This document shows positions 9,760-20,053 of a stretch of 59,469 nucleotides of DNA, piece after piece. A program made the position numbers and the translations under genes. Source of the stretch: an uncultured virus (IMG/VR IMGVR_UViG_3300037400_001251) (lineage: Duplodnaviria; Heunggongvirae; Uroviricota; Caudoviricetes). Position 1 is the stretch's first letter, and the number at the start of each line of letters is the position of its first letter. Location: the IMG/VR virus record IMGVR_UViG_3300037400_001251. One strand, given 5' to 3'. Under the pieces are notes generated by a model. That model worked only from the letters and a program-made list of their open reading frames with translations. It was not told where the DNA came from and did not search any database.

Positions 9760-10299
9760 ATGTTCACAATGAATGATGTTCAAATATCACGATTTAACGA
9801 TATAGCTTATAGGTTTAAACTATTAAAGAAGTATAATAATAAGATAGAAGAGATTAAGGTTATAAAAGATGCTATATGTAATGATTTAAAAAGACTTTAT
9901 CTATCTGTAAGCGAAGCAAGTACATTATATTATGAATTAAAGAAACGTAGAAATCTTAAAACTAAAGAGCAAGAGAAAAACTTATTATCATATTTAAGAA
10001 TCTATTTAGGATGCGATAATAAGTTTAAATTTGATACTGATAATATTGTAGATCATAATTATAGTAGAGGCTACATAATTTACTTTACTTATAAGAAGAA
10101 GAAGTATTATCTACAATGCCCATGCACTGAAAGAATAGACGCTAGTGATTTTGATAATCCTAATCATTGGGTAGAAGAATTTGGTATGTGTCTATATTCT
10201 GTAGATGATAATAGCGGTAATAGTACATTGCTAGGAAGTGCATTGACAAGAGATAGTTTACAAGAATTAGTAGAAAAGGAGATTCTAAATGGACACTAA
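9760..10299 (+). CDS. Hypothetical protein
   Basis: 179-aa ORF, TGAAAGGA SD, overlaps the sbcD start. Confidence 0.75.
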   Translation: MFTMNDVQISRFNDIAYRFKLLKKYNNKIEEIKVIKDAICNDLKRLYLSVSEASTLYYELKKRRNLKTKEQEKNLLSYLRIYLGCDNKFKFDTDNIVDHNYSRGYIIYFTYKKKKYYLQCPCTERIDASDFDNPNHWVEEFGMCLYSVDDNSGNSTLLGSALTRDSLQELVEKEILNGH

Positions 10300-11461
10300 G
10301 ATATTTGTAACTGCAGATAACCATATAGGTAAACATTTAAAGAAAAGAAAATACTTTAGAGATTTTGCCATTAGGAATTTTAGAAGTATACCAAATAAGA
10401 TACCTAATGATGTAGAATATGTAGTATTTGCTGGAGATATATTTGATAAGCAAGATAGTGATATAGAATGTTACAATGCTTATATTGAAGTCTTAAGTAA
10501 AATTACTGATATGCCTAATGTAAAGAATATATTTATCATTACTGGCAATCATGATATGTATAGTAATTTCTATAATAGTGCTAGCATAGATTTAGCTAAG
10601 TCTATTAATAATTCTAATAAGATAATTATGTGTAATAAGGATTATCTTGTATGGAATGATGATAAGATATTGGTAGGCTTATTACCATATAGTAGAGATC
10701 TTTTTATCAATGATGAAATGGGTAGAAGAAAGATCTTTAATTATCTAGCACAAATACAATTTGAAGCTCGTAATTTTAATAGTGAATTTAAGATATTAAT
10801 ATCACATTTTGCTATTACAGATTGGATGCCATTTGCCACAGGTATTACATTAGAAGAGCTTATAGACAATAAGTTTTTCAATCTAATAATAATGGGCGAC
10901 TTACATAATGAAGAATATGAAAAAGTAGATCCAGAAACTACAGTATTATATACAGGCTCTACTTTCCATACATCTATAATTGATTTGTATCAGCATGAAA
11001 ATGTAAGTAAAATAATTACTATCAAAGATAACTATATAGATAATATTGAAAGAGTATATTATCCTAAACCTACTATATATAAGATTAATAAGGATAATGT
11101 AAATAATGAAATATATCAACCTTCAGAATTAGGGCAATTAGAATTGCAAGAAGTTGTCATTATCACTGATGATATTGATATTCATAATGAACTTAAAGAT
11201 AGGGTTATATTTAGTCAGTATAGTCCTAAAGCTATTAAGATGTTGGAAGGAGCTAAGAATGACGGAAGTATTCAGAATGATACTGAAAAACCTTTGGATA
11301 TTAATCAAATCTGCTTACAACGAATTAACGAAGACCAAACATTAGATGAAGATACTAAGATATATCTAACTTCGTTACTTAACATTGATACAGATTCTAT
11401 GGATAATAGTTCTATCAATGAAAAGGTAAAAGAATTAACTTTAGGAGATATAGAAGAATGA
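10289..11461 (+). CDS. sbcD: Mre11/SbcD-like (T4 gp47-like) recombination nuclease
   Basis: Phosphoesterase motifs ADNHIG, AGDIFD, TGNHD, ISHF, MGDLH, YTGS. Coupled to the Rad50-like gene. Confidence 0.9.
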   Translation: MDTKIFVTADNHIGKHLKKRKYFRDFAIRNFRSIPNKIPNDVEYVVFAGDIFDKQDSDIECYNAYIEVLSKITDMPNVKNIFIITGNHDMYSNFYNSASIDLAKSINNSNKIIMCNKDYLVWNDDKILVGLLPYSRDLFINDEMGRRKIFNYLAQIQFEARNFNSEFKILISHFAITDWMPFATGITLEELIDNKFFNLIIMGDLHNEEYEKVDPETTVLYTGSTFHTSIIDLYQHENVSKIITIKDNYIDNIERVYYPKPTIYKINKDNVNNEIYQPSELGQLELQEVVIITDDIDIHNELKDRVIFSQYSPKAIKMLEGAKNDGSIQNDTEKPLDINQICLQRINEDQTLDEDTKIYLTSLLNIDTDSMDNSSINEKVKELTLGDIEE

Positions 11462-14055
11462 GAATCAAGAAACTTAACTTAGTGAATGTTAAAATTCATA
11501 ATGAGAAAGAATTTATCTTTGATGGATCTACTATGATATTAGGTCATAATGGAGCAGGCAAATCTACAATAGTAGAATCAATATACTATGCTCTATTTAG
11601 AGAATTACTAGTACCTAATGTAGATGCTATGATTAGTAATAATATTAAAAAGATAGATAAAGAAACTGGTAAAGTTAGTTATTTAAAACCAGCTTATATT
11701 GAATTAGAATTAGAAGCTAATGATAAAAGTTATCTTATTAAATCACCTTTATGTAAGTGTAATGGGTATTTAAAAGAATTACAGAATGTAGATGGCATAG
11801 GTGAAACTTATGTAGAAATATCCAATAAGATAACTGATATGTATAGTTATATTAATAGTAAGATATTGTGTAATACTAATGCAGAATATTTTATGAATAC
11901 TATCTATACAGCTCAGATGGATATATTATCTTTAGTTAGTCAGAATGAAGCTGCTAGACAAAAAGCATTTGATAAGATAATAGGTATTACTAAATTTCAA
12001 AATATTTATGATGGTGTAACTAAGACATATACTATAGCTAATAAGTTACAGAGACCTGATATTAAAGAACTTAAAATCAAAAAGGATAATATCAAGGTTA
12101 ATATAAATGATTTAGAAATACAAAAGAATGCTTTAGAGGAAGAGATAAATAGCCTTAAAGAAGATATATCTAATAATGAAGTAGCTATTAGTGATATGCA
12201 AAAAGTTCAAGAATCTACTAATGCTACATATACTAATTTAAGTAATATCTATCAACAATTATATGAAAAGAATAGTAATTACTCTACATTAAAAAGTACT
12301 TTAGATAATGATAAAGCTAATGTAGATAATCTATTACGTAAACAAGAAGATATAGAATCTCAAGAAGTTCCTACTGAAGAAGATCTATCTATGAGATTAG
12401 AAGATATTCAAAAGATAGTAACTTCATTAAGTATAGGTATAGATAATATTAGTAGACAAAAAGAAGTCTTAGAAGAACAACGTCAATCTATTATTAATAA
12501 TACTAATAGGTATAATAGATATATTAAAGATCTAGAAACTTTAAATACCGAAGTTAAACAATATAATGAAAAGTTAAATGCTTGTAATATTGAGATAGAT
12601 AATATAACTAAGTTGTCAGAAGGTTTACCTGAAAAGATTAATGAAATAGAAAATGAAATAGATGTATTAAGTAAACAGATTAATGATTCTAATATAGAAA
12701 TGTTTAATATTATTAATAACTATAAAAAGAATCCATTAGTTAATTATGAAGAAATACAATCTTATTTTCAAGGTATGGGTGAATTAAATCTAACTCAAGA
12801 TAAATATACTTGTCCTTATTGTAAGCAAACTATTTCTAAGAAAAAGTTTAAAGATCAAATAGATAAAGATAAAGAATCTTATTATTCTCTATACAAGATA
12901 TTCGTAAATCTTAAATCAGATTTAGATCTTAAACAGAATTCTTTACTTAATATCAAAGCTACATTTGATAGTAATCAGAATATTCTAAATCAATGGGTAA
13001 ACAATAGAGATAGGTGTATTCAAGAAATCAATAGTAAAAATGATTTCATTAAAAGATTAGAGTCTAATCCTGTAGAAAAACCTGCTATAGATACTAATGA
13101 ATTATTTGCTAAAGAAGAAGAGCTAGATAGAGAATTAGATCTACTTAATAATTATATGGATATGGGTGTACTTAAATATAATATTCATGTATTGAAATCA
13201 CCTATGCACATAGATAGAGTAAAGAATATCTTTGCTAGTAATCAAATAAGACAAATGATTTATGACTATGAAAGATTAAAAGAATCATTTGATATCTATA
13301 ATAGACAACTATCTGATATTAATTCACAATTAATGTTTGCTAAGAATAATCTAACTCAAAAGCAATTACAGGTATCTAAATTAGAAAATCAAATGAAAGA
13401 TATATTATTAACTAATGGATTTAAATCTGTTAAAGAAGTATATGATGCTTTAATAAGAGAACAGAATGATTTAAATGAAGTTAATACTGATATCTATAAT
13501 AGAACAAGTGAACTTAATATTAGTAAAACTAAATTAGTAGAAAAAGAAAGAATGCTTAATCTTATCATTAATAATCTTAATAATGATTATAATGAAGTTA
13601 ATAATATTGATAAGATATTATCTAATGAAGAAAAGATTATTAATAAGATAAGAATGATTAATGTAGCTAAGGCTTATTTTAAACAAGATGGTTTAGCTAA
13701 GTATGTTAGAAAGTATTATATAGATAAGATTAACGAAAGAATGAAAGAATATGTAGGTCTATTCAATTTTGATTTCGTTCCTGTTATAACTGATACAGCT
13801 GGAATAGAAAACTATCATATGTATAGTGGTGGTCAAAAGATTGCAATAGCTATACTAATGAAAATGATATTAAATTTCATTCTTAATAATCCTATTAATA
13901 TGATGATATTAGATGAACCTACTCCTTATATGGATACTGAAAGAGTAGAAGCTATAACTGATTTAGTAACATCTATTAAAGATAAATTACAAGTAATCGT
14001 AATCACTCATGATGAAGAATTCATGAAAGTAGATTGCAATAGAATAGAACTCTAA
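11458..14055 (+). CDS. sbcC: Rad50/SbcC-like (T4 gp46-like) SMC ATPase
   Basis: Walker A GHNGAGKST, long coiled coils, zinc hook CPYC, signature SGGQK, Walker B ILDEP, H-loop ITHD. Confidence 0.93.
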   Translation: MRIKKLNLVNVKIHNEKEFIFDGSTMILGHNGAGKSTIVESIYYALFRELLVPNVDAMISNNIKKIDKETGKVSYLKPAYIELELEANDKSYLIKSPLCKCNGYLKELQNVDGIGETYVEISNKITDMYSYINSKILCNTNAEYFMNTIYTAQMDILSLVSQNEAARQKAFDKIIGITKFQNIYDGVTKTYTIANKLQRPDIKELKIKKDNIKVNINDLEIQKNALEEEINSLKEDISNNEVAISDMQKVQESTNATYTNLSNIYQQLYEKNSNYSTLKSTLDNDKANVDNLLRKQEDIESQEVPTEEDLSMRLEDIQKIVTSLSIGIDNISRQKEVLEEQRQSIINNTNRYNRYIKDLETLNTEVKQYNEKLNACNIEIDNITKLSEGLPEKINEIENEIDVLSKQINDSNIEMFNIINNYKKNPLVNYEEIQSYFQGMGELNLTQDKYTCPYCKQTISKKKFKDQIDKDKESYYSLYKIFVNLKSDLDLKQNSLLNIKATFDSNQNILNQWVNNRDRCIQEINSKNDFIKRLESNPVEKPAIDTNELFAKEEELDRELDLLNNYMDMGVLKYNIHVLKSPMHIDRVKNIFASNQIRQMIYDYERLKESFDIYNRQLSDINSQLMFAKNNLTQKQLQVSKLENQMKDILLTNGFKSVKEVYDALIREQNDLNEVNTDIYNRTSELNISKTKLVEKERMLNLIINNLNNDYNEVNNIDKILSNEEKIINKIRMINVAKAYFKQDGLAKYVRKYYIDKINERMKEYVGLFNFDFVPVITDTAGIENYHMYSGGQKIAIAILMKMILNFILNNPINMMILDEPTPYMDTERVEAITDLVTSIKDKLQVIVITHDEEFMKVDCNRIEL

Positions 14056-14084
14056 AAATTAATTTGAAAGGACAATATAACAAT

Positions 14085-15110
14085 ATGCAATTATTTCAAC
14101 AACAATATTCTTACAATAGATTTAGTATTAATTTTAATAAGGTCAAACCTGAAGATACATTTTCTAATAGAATGTATGTAAGACAAGAAGGACAATACCT
14201 TATATTAGATAATGAATGTTATCCTAGTAGATTTAAAGTATTTCAAGATAGTTATAATGAAACTGGCTTAATAGACTTTACTATATTATCTAGTGATGTA
14301 TCAGGCAATATATCTGATGATGATAGTATTAGATTTAATCTATGGGAAAACTCATATGATGACTATGTCTTACCAGGTAAGATAGAAAAGATTAATATTA
14401 ATACTGGTATGAGAAATGCCGAATATTATATTGATAAAGATCCTAGTATAGAAATCATTACCTTTGATAGTAAGCGTCAAAAAGATTTAGCTGCGATATT
14501 AACTGAAGGATTAGCTATAGATGATAACTTAAATAATCTATACCATAATTATTTAATGAACGAATTCTTTAAACAAGATTCAGAAACATTAGGTATTATC
14601 TTTGAAAGAACATCTATATCAGATATGTTATGCTATTTTATATGGTACTTTAGATATAGAAATGGTAAGAAGACTTATTTCAAACCTATGTGTTATGAAG
14701 GTATACCTTTAAATTCTAAGAAGAGAGATTGGGAATATTGGAATATTAGAGATATGGGAAAGATATATAACTTTACAGATGATTATCTAAGTATTAATAG
14801 ATTTATGGTCTATAGCAAATTAGAGCCAGATAAAATCTTTTTCTGTAAAGGTGAAGGAGAAGCTCAAGCATTATTAGCAGATCTTAAATTTAGTAATAGT
14901 ATTCCATTATTACCATGTGGATTAAGTGTCTTTGAAGATTACTATTATATGTGTATAGGTTACTATGAAATGAGAATGAATTATGTGGTAGAACCAGTTA
15001 TTCAATTATCTAAGCCTAGTAAATTGGTTAGAGAACTTAAAGACAGATTGCTAACTAGTTTGATACCATTAGTAGATAGGCAGACTAAATGCTATACATG
15101 GAATAGATAA
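14085..15110 (+). CDS. Hypothetical protein
   Basis: ATG 14085 follows the TTGAAAGGACAA SD (the ORF-track TTG start lies inside the SD). Contains SISDML, like the paralog-array motif. Confidence 0.75.
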   Translation: MQLFQQQYSYNRFSINFNKVKPEDTFSNRMYVRQEGQYLILDNECYPSRFKVFQDSYNETGLIDFTILSSDVSGNISDDDSIRFNLWENSYDDYVLPGKIEKININTGMRNAEYYIDKDPSIEIITFDSKRQKDLAAILTEGLAIDDNLNNLYHNYLMNEFFKQDSETLGIIFERTSISDMLCYFIWYFRYRNGKKTYFKPMCYEGIPLNSKKRDWEYWNIRDMGKIYNFTDDYLSINRFMVYSKLEPDKIFFCKGEGEAQALLADLKFSNSIPLLPCGLSVFEDYYYMCIGYYEMRMNYVVEPVIQLSKPSKLVRELKDRLLTSLIPLVDRQTKCYTWNR

Positions 15111-15134
15111 AATTTGAAAGGAAGGTGAATTAAC

Positions 15135-15692
15135 ATGTCAGATATATTAGTTATCATTAATCCTCAAAATGATTTTATAGAAGGCTCTTTATCTACAGAA
15201 GAATCAATTAAAGTATTACCTAATATTATTAATGTGATAAAGCAACACATTAATTTTAATGACCCTATATTTATAGTACAAGATACTCATACTAAGAATT
15301 ATAAATCTACACCAGAAGGAAAAGGTAACCCTATTCCTCATTGCTTAGTTAAGACTAATGGCTGGAAGATTAATGATAAGATACAAGCTACATTAGAATT
15401 GGCTAATCCTGGTGGTGTAAGATTAGTTCAGAAAGAAACCTTTGGTAGCTTTGACTTAATCAAACAATTAAAAGATACCGTAAGGACAGCTGATGAAAGG
15501 GTAAGAGAAATTATCTTAATAGGGTATCAAACTAATGTAGATGTATTAAATAATGCTATCCTTATTAAGAATAATTTCAAGAATATTAAAACTACCGTAT
15601 TAAGTTATGCTTGTAGTGGTAGTACTGTAGATTTACATAATCAAAGCATAGAAGTTATGAAATCTACTCAGATAAATGTAATTGGTTTATAA
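15135..15692 (+). CDS. Nicotinamidase/isochorismatase-family homolog with catalytic Asp and Cys substituted
   Basis: Colinear with PncA-like hydrolases (QNDFIEG, QDTH, EGK..PIPHC, KETFGS), but VVDMQ is IINPQ and CTDICV is QTNVDV. Confidence 0.85.
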   Translation: MSDILVIINPQNDFIEGSLSTEESIKVLPNIINVIKQHINFNDPIFIVQDTHTKNYKSTPEGKGNPIPHCLVKTNGWKINDKIQATLELANPGGVRLVQKETFGSFDLIKQLKDTVRTADERVREIILIGYQTNVDVLNNAILIKNNFKNIKTTVLSYACSGSTVDLHNQSIEVMKSTQINVIGL

Positions 15693-15718
15693 TCTATAAA
15701 TGAAAGGACTAGATTAAA

Positions 15719-16729
15719 ATGATAGTAATTGGAACTTATAAGGTAGGTAACGATCATAATGGGAAAGCAGCTTTTTTCTATAATACTATATTTCTTGGTT
15801 CTAATAATCGCGATATTAATTTCCTTGATTATTCTGGTTTATATGAGAAATTTAGCCAGATTATATTAAGTGGTAATCAAGATGAAGTTAATAATGGTTA
15901 TGCCTATACTTTAGAAGATGTAGCTGAAGAAATCATTTCTAGTAACCCAGATAACACTTATGAAATATATCTGGCTCCTGAAGATAGAAAAATGAATCTA
16001 ATAGCTATTAATGTAAAAGATGAAGGCCAATACTCTATACATAGAATACCACCTCATATAGAAAAGAACTATATACTTAATGATGTATGGAGTAATACAG
16101 AATTCAGTAGAAACTTTATGAAGTTCTATAATTATATAGAAACTAACTATAATGATTTCTATGCTTTACATGCTATTCAAAGAAGTAAAGATGATGGTAT
16201 CGTAAGAACTAGAATGTTAAGAACATGGGCCTTTTCTAGTAAGATTCATATGTTAGAATCCATGGACGAAATAGTTGACTTCTGTACTACTAATAGAGCT
16301 AGATTAATGGTATCATTAAATCCTAGATCTATTATAAAGACTGCTATTGTAATGCAAAGAACTTTATCTGATATAATAGATGCTTATGTTAGTGGCAATA
16401 AGGAAATGTGTACTATTAATAAGTTGACTAATCTATTTATGAGTTCTAGTCAAATGTATACTAGTAGATCTATGGGATTAGCTAAGAAATTACACATGAT
16501 AGATATTGATACCAAAGACCCTGATAAAGTATCTATTGTAGATAACTTACTTAAAGAATGTGGCATCAATGTAGAACTTAAAATGGAAACCGTTAATGGA
16601 TATCATTATGCTATATGTATGGGTAAAGGTTCTAAAGAATTATACGGTGGTATCCAAAGATTAGAATGGGCAGAAATTAAAAAGGACCCAATTATATTCT
16701 TAGGTAAGTTTGAGCCATCATGTAAATAA
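15719..16729 (+). CDS. Protein with a C-terminal archaeo-eukaryotic primase (AEP/PrimPol)-like domain
   Basis: MIDIDT (motif I hDhD) and TVNGYHY (motif II), preceded by ARLMVSLNPRS. Confidence 0.5.
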   Translation: MIVIGTYKVGNDHNGKAAFFYNTIFLGSNNRDINFLDYSGLYEKFSQIILSGNQDEVNNGYAYTLEDVAEEIISSNPDNTYEIYLAPEDRKMNLIAINVKDEGQYSIHRIPPHIEKNYILNDVWSNTEFSRNFMKFYNYIETNYNDFYALHAIQRSKDDGIVRTRMLRTWAFSSKIHMLESMDEIVDFCTTNRARLMVSLNPRSIIKTAIVMQRTLSDIIDAYVSGNKEMCTINKLTNLFMSSSQMYTSRSMGLAKKLHMIDIDTKDPDKVSIVDNLLKECGINVELKMETVNGYHYAICMGKGSKELYGGIQRLEWAEIKKDPIIFLGKFEPSCK

Positions 16730-16738
16730 TTATGAAAT

Positions 16739-17056
16739 ATGAAAATAAGAAGATACAATGGTAAGACATTAAAAGAACTATGTGAAGATGAAGATTATCA
16801 GACTATGATTAAACCTTTTAGGAAATCATGGTCTGGTAATATCTTTTCTAACATATCATTCATTAGAAAGAAATGGATCATAGACTTTAAATCATGCCCT
16901 TGGCAAGACTTGGTTAGAATCTATAAATTCGTGAAGATGATTAGAAAAGAAGGTGTAACTTCACCTATGATAGATAAATTAATACAAGACTGTCTAGATG
17001 AAGTTAAATGCCGAGTTAAGAAAAAGGAACTAAAGATAACTATTGAAAGGAGTTAA
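16739..17056 (+). CDS. Hypothetical basic protein
   Basis: 105-aa ORF within the operon. Confidence 0.65.
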   Translation: MKIRRYNGKTLKELCEDEDYQTMIKPFRKSWSGNIFSNISFIRKKWIIDFKSCPWQDLVRIYKFVKMIRKEGVTSPMIDKLIQDCLDEVKCRVKKKELKITIERS

Positions 17057-17057
17057 A

Positions 17058-17312
17058 ATGGGATTTAATGACATGAAAATAATTTTCTGTGCTGCTCTCA
17101 TATTTATGCTAGTAACTATCGCGATTATTGGATTAGTTGATAGTTCGAGAAGTCCAGCTAATGCTTCAGAAGGTTCTACTATAGATAGAAGTGATTGTGC
17201 ATTCGCTAAGATAACATTTGAAGGCCATGATTATTTAGCTTTAAATTTTAGGAATAACGGTCACTTTATACATTCTGAATCTTGTCCATGTAAGAAAGGA
17301 AACGTAAAATGA
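17058..17312 (+). CDS. Small membrane-anchored protein with a GH.Y...H...CxC motif
   Basis: N-terminal TM helix, FEGHDYL and FIHSESCPCK. ATG 17058 follows TTGAAAGGAG. Confidence 0.7.
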   Translation: MGFNDMKIIFCAALIFMLVTIAIIGLVDSSRSPANASEGSTIDRSDCAFAKITFEGHDYLALNFRNNGHFIHSESCPCKKGNVK

Positions 17313-17518
17313 AACAATTCATATCTGCATTCTTGATAATTATTATATCTATGCTATTAGGAGCTATATGCTTTCCTAATCTTAAAGAAGCTAATGCTGG
17401 TTTATTTTTAAATCTCTTTAAGACTGTAGAATATTCTGGGCATACTTATATCGTTCATATAAGTTCTGAATACTTCTTGCATGATCCAGATTGTAAATGT
17501 ATGAAAGGAGTTAAGTAA
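17309..17518 (+). CDS. Small membrane-anchored protein, paralog of the preceding gene
   Basis: N-terminal TM helix, YSGHTYI and FLHDPDCKCMK. Confidence 0.7.
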   Translation: MKQFISAFLIIIISMLLGAICFPNLKEANAGLFLNLFKTVEYSGHTYIVHISSEYFLHDPDCKCMKGVK

Positions 17519-17519
17519 A

Positions 17520-17735
17520 TTGCTTCAGTTAATATTCAATCTTCTATTAGTTGACGTACTATTTCATTTAGGATTATTTGGATTCTTCTTATGTTCAATT
17601 ATAGGAATTGTCTTTATAATTCTAACACTATACAATCTTATTGTAGCTATGTGTAAAACTACGATGATGTTATTAGGTTTCTTTCACTTGCCTAGATTAG
17701 AAATAGGTGATAGTAAACCTAGATTAGAACCTTAA
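17520..17735 (+). CDS. Small hydrophobic membrane protein
   Basis: 71 aa, almost entirely hydrophobic. TGAAAGGAG SD, TTG start. Confidence 0.6.
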   Translation: MLQLIFNLLLVDVLFHLGLFGFFLCSIIGIVFIILTLYNLIVAMCKTTMMLLGFFHLPRLEIGDSKPRLEP

Positions 17736-17742
17736 TTATAAA

Positions 17743-17792
17743 AGGGCCTAGTTAGTTTAGTATACTTATATACAGTCAACTAACTAGGTCCT
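17743..17792 (+). terminator. 15-bp intergenic hairpin
   Basis: AGGGCCTAGTTAGTT 17743-17757 pairs with AACTAACTAGGTCCT 17778-17792. Confidence 0.55.
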
Positions 17793-17819
17793 ATAATCTA
17801 CTTGAAAGGGCAATATGAA

Positions 17820-18347
17820 ATGAATGATATCAATATATATGCTAGAAGATTTAAGACATTAAATGAAATGACTATTCAAGAAGTATCTGATATTATTAAA
17901 GATACTACAGCTAAAGATAATTTTAAATACATCTATGACTTATCTAAAGAATTATATAAGCTAGGCGTAAATATATGGTTTTCAAGAAGCTATAAAAACT
18001 TTTCTTTATATATAAGTCATTTAAATAGTTATAGTACCGCAGGTAACTTAGAGGTTAGAATAGATCCTGATAATAATATAATTGTTCCTTTGGTTTATAA
18101 CCCTCTTACCGAATGTAACTATTTGATACATTTCTGTTCTGATAAGATATGGTTTCAATTTGATTTTCGTGATAGTAAATCTAACGAACTAGTAAGCATA
18201 TTAGAAGATAACTATGGTTATGATGATTATACTAAAGATGTTATCTTTTTTGATGTAAAGAATATATTCACTTATAAGGAAGAAAGATGTCTTAAATGGA
18301 TGAATCCTTTAGACTTATATAGATGGATATTTAAGAGTGATTACTAA
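17820..18347 (+). CDS. Hypothetical protein (possible paralog-array member)
   Basis: ATG 17820 follows the TTGAAAGGG SD. Tyr/Phe-rich, ~175 aa. Confidence 0.7.
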   Translation: MNDINIYARRFKTLNEMTIQEVSDIIKDTTAKDNFKYIYDLSKELYKLGVNIWFSRSYKNFSLYISHLNSYSTAGNLEVRIDPDNNIIVPLVYNPLTECNYLIHFCSDKIWFQFDFRDSKSNELVSILEDNYGYDDYTKDVIFFDVKNIFTYKEERCLKWMNPLDLYRWIFKSDY

Positions 18348-18981
18348 TATGAAACCTACAACGAAATATTTAAATATATCTGATATCTATGACTTTTATG
18401 ACTTAATTAAGATAGACTATGGTACTGCTAATGTCATTAAGAAAAGCTATGATGAAAGTTATAGAAAAGGTTTAGATTTTACTTATAGATTTTCAGATGG
18501 AATTAATTATGTTCACGTGATATTCAATTATACATTCAAAAGTAGAATACCATTTTCTTTTATATTAGTAGAACCTAAAAAGACACCATATAAGTTACTT
18601 GATCCTCAATTCTATAAGGTTCAAAGTATTGAAGTTGGTATAGATTGTTTTGCACCTACTTTAATGCCAGATCTCTATACTAGTTATGGTTTTGATATAG
18701 TAGCTACTTTTAAAGATACTGTATATAATACCTTTCATAGTGTTAAAATGGATTCTGTATATACAAGTGTATCCGATAAGAGGTTTGTGAATATAGCTAA
18801 CCTAAATATACGTGGAGCCTTTATCAAAGTTATATGGTTACTTGATAATTTAAATACCTATATCAATGATGAATATACTTTTATGATATTTGATGACATA
18901 ACTTTAAAAGAATGTAAGCTTAATGAACTAGGTTCTTTATCTGCTTATTATCTACAGCAAGAATTAAAAGAAAGAAGGTGA
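18337..18981 (+). CDS. Hypothetical protein, paralog-array member
   Basis: NISDIYD motif near the N-terminus. Likely start is ATG 18349. Confidence 0.7.
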   Translation: MITNMKPTTKYLNISDIYDFYDLIKIDYGTANVIKKSYDESYRKGLDFTYRFSDGINYVHVIFNYTFKSRIPFSFILVEPKKTPYKLLDPQFYKVQSIEVGIDCFAPTLMPDLYTSYGFDIVATFKDTVYNTFHSVKMDSVYTSVSDKRFVNIANLNIRGAFIKVIWLLDNLNTYINDEYTFMIFDDITLKECKLNELGSLSAYYLQQELKERR

Positions 18982-19562
18982 TTACTATAATATTTGATAG
19001 AAAAGTTCATAAGTATCGTTTAGAAAAATCAGATAGTTCTTTATCCAATATCTACGACATGTATTCTTATCTAGAAAATGATATAGCTTATCTAATTGCT
19101 TCAATAGCTAAGTATTCAGCATTTATGAATGTAGATGTCTTCTTTAACATAGCTTCTATCTTTAGTTCATCATGTATGGATTTCATATTCATATATAATC
19201 CTCCTTATCCTATTAAGATAATTGATTCAAAAGGTAAAAGGTATCTAGTTGTAAAAGAATTAGAATATGACATAAACGTAGATTATAGTATGTCTGAATT
19301 CTCTGAAGATGGATATCCTACAGGATTAGATTATACCAAATATGACATGTTCTTAGACATAACAGCTGACAGAATATTTGTAGATCAATGTAGATATCGT
19401 AGAATAACATCATTAGATAAGATTATTACTATGGCTAAATCATGTATAGATGAAATATCTTGGTTAAAGCAAAATTTCTGTTTTAAGAAAGAAGGTGATT
19501 ATATATTAAGTATTTCAGACAAATTGACAAATATATGCTTGAAAAATCTGATAGTTCCTTAA
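18978..19562 (+). CDS. Hypothetical protein, paralog-array member
   Basis: LEKSDSSLSNIYDM, shared with the next gene. Confidence 0.7.
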   Translation: MITIIFDRKVHKYRLEKSDSSLSNIYDMYSYLENDIAYLIASIAKYSAFMNVDVFFNIASIFSSSCMDFIFIYNPPYPIKIIDSKGKRYLVVKELEYDINVDYSMSEFSEDGYPTGLDYTKYDMFLDITADRIFVDQCRYRRITSLDKIITMAKSCIDEISWLKQNFCFKKEGDYILSISDKLTNICLKNLIVP

Positions 19563-20050
19563 GTCATATATTAGATATGCAATTAATCTTTGGTAATTTA
19601 CTTATAGATTTAGCTCGCATAGTTGCACATACAGCTAATGAATGTACCAGTAAAAATGTTATATGTTTCTTTAGAAGATTTGCAGATAATTCTATAAATC
19701 TCAATATTATGTATGCTGGCTATTATGATTCTGTATTTATATTTGAAGATAAGCCTATAACTATTAAGCAACTTATCTATTATATAACTATACTAAGAAC
19801 TGATAATCCTTATGGCGAATATTATAATATCAATATTTCTGCTTATCTGGATAACAGTTTCTATTATTTATCTAATTATAAAAATCAAGAACTTTTTCAA
19901 GCATTTAGATTGCCTAGACTATGTATAGAGCAGGTTCGTAAACTCTCCCAAGATAATACAGGAAACAATATAGTTACTTTTAAACCAGTTAATATTAATC
20001 TCTTTAGTTATATACGTGAATACAAGGTACAACCAAGAAAGGACAATTAA
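19535..20050 (+). CDS. Hypothetical protein, tandem paralog of the preceding gene
   Basis: LEKSDSSLSHILDM. Confidence 0.7.
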   Translation: MLEKSDSSLSHILDMQLIFGNLLIDLARIVAHTANECTSKNVICFFRRFADNSINLNIMYAGYYDSVFIFEDKPITIKQLIYYITILRTDNPYGEYYNINISAYLDNSFYYLSNYKNQELFQAFRLPRLCIEQVRKLSQDNTGNNIVTFKPVNINLFSYIREYKVQPRKDN

Positions 20051-20053
20051 ACA

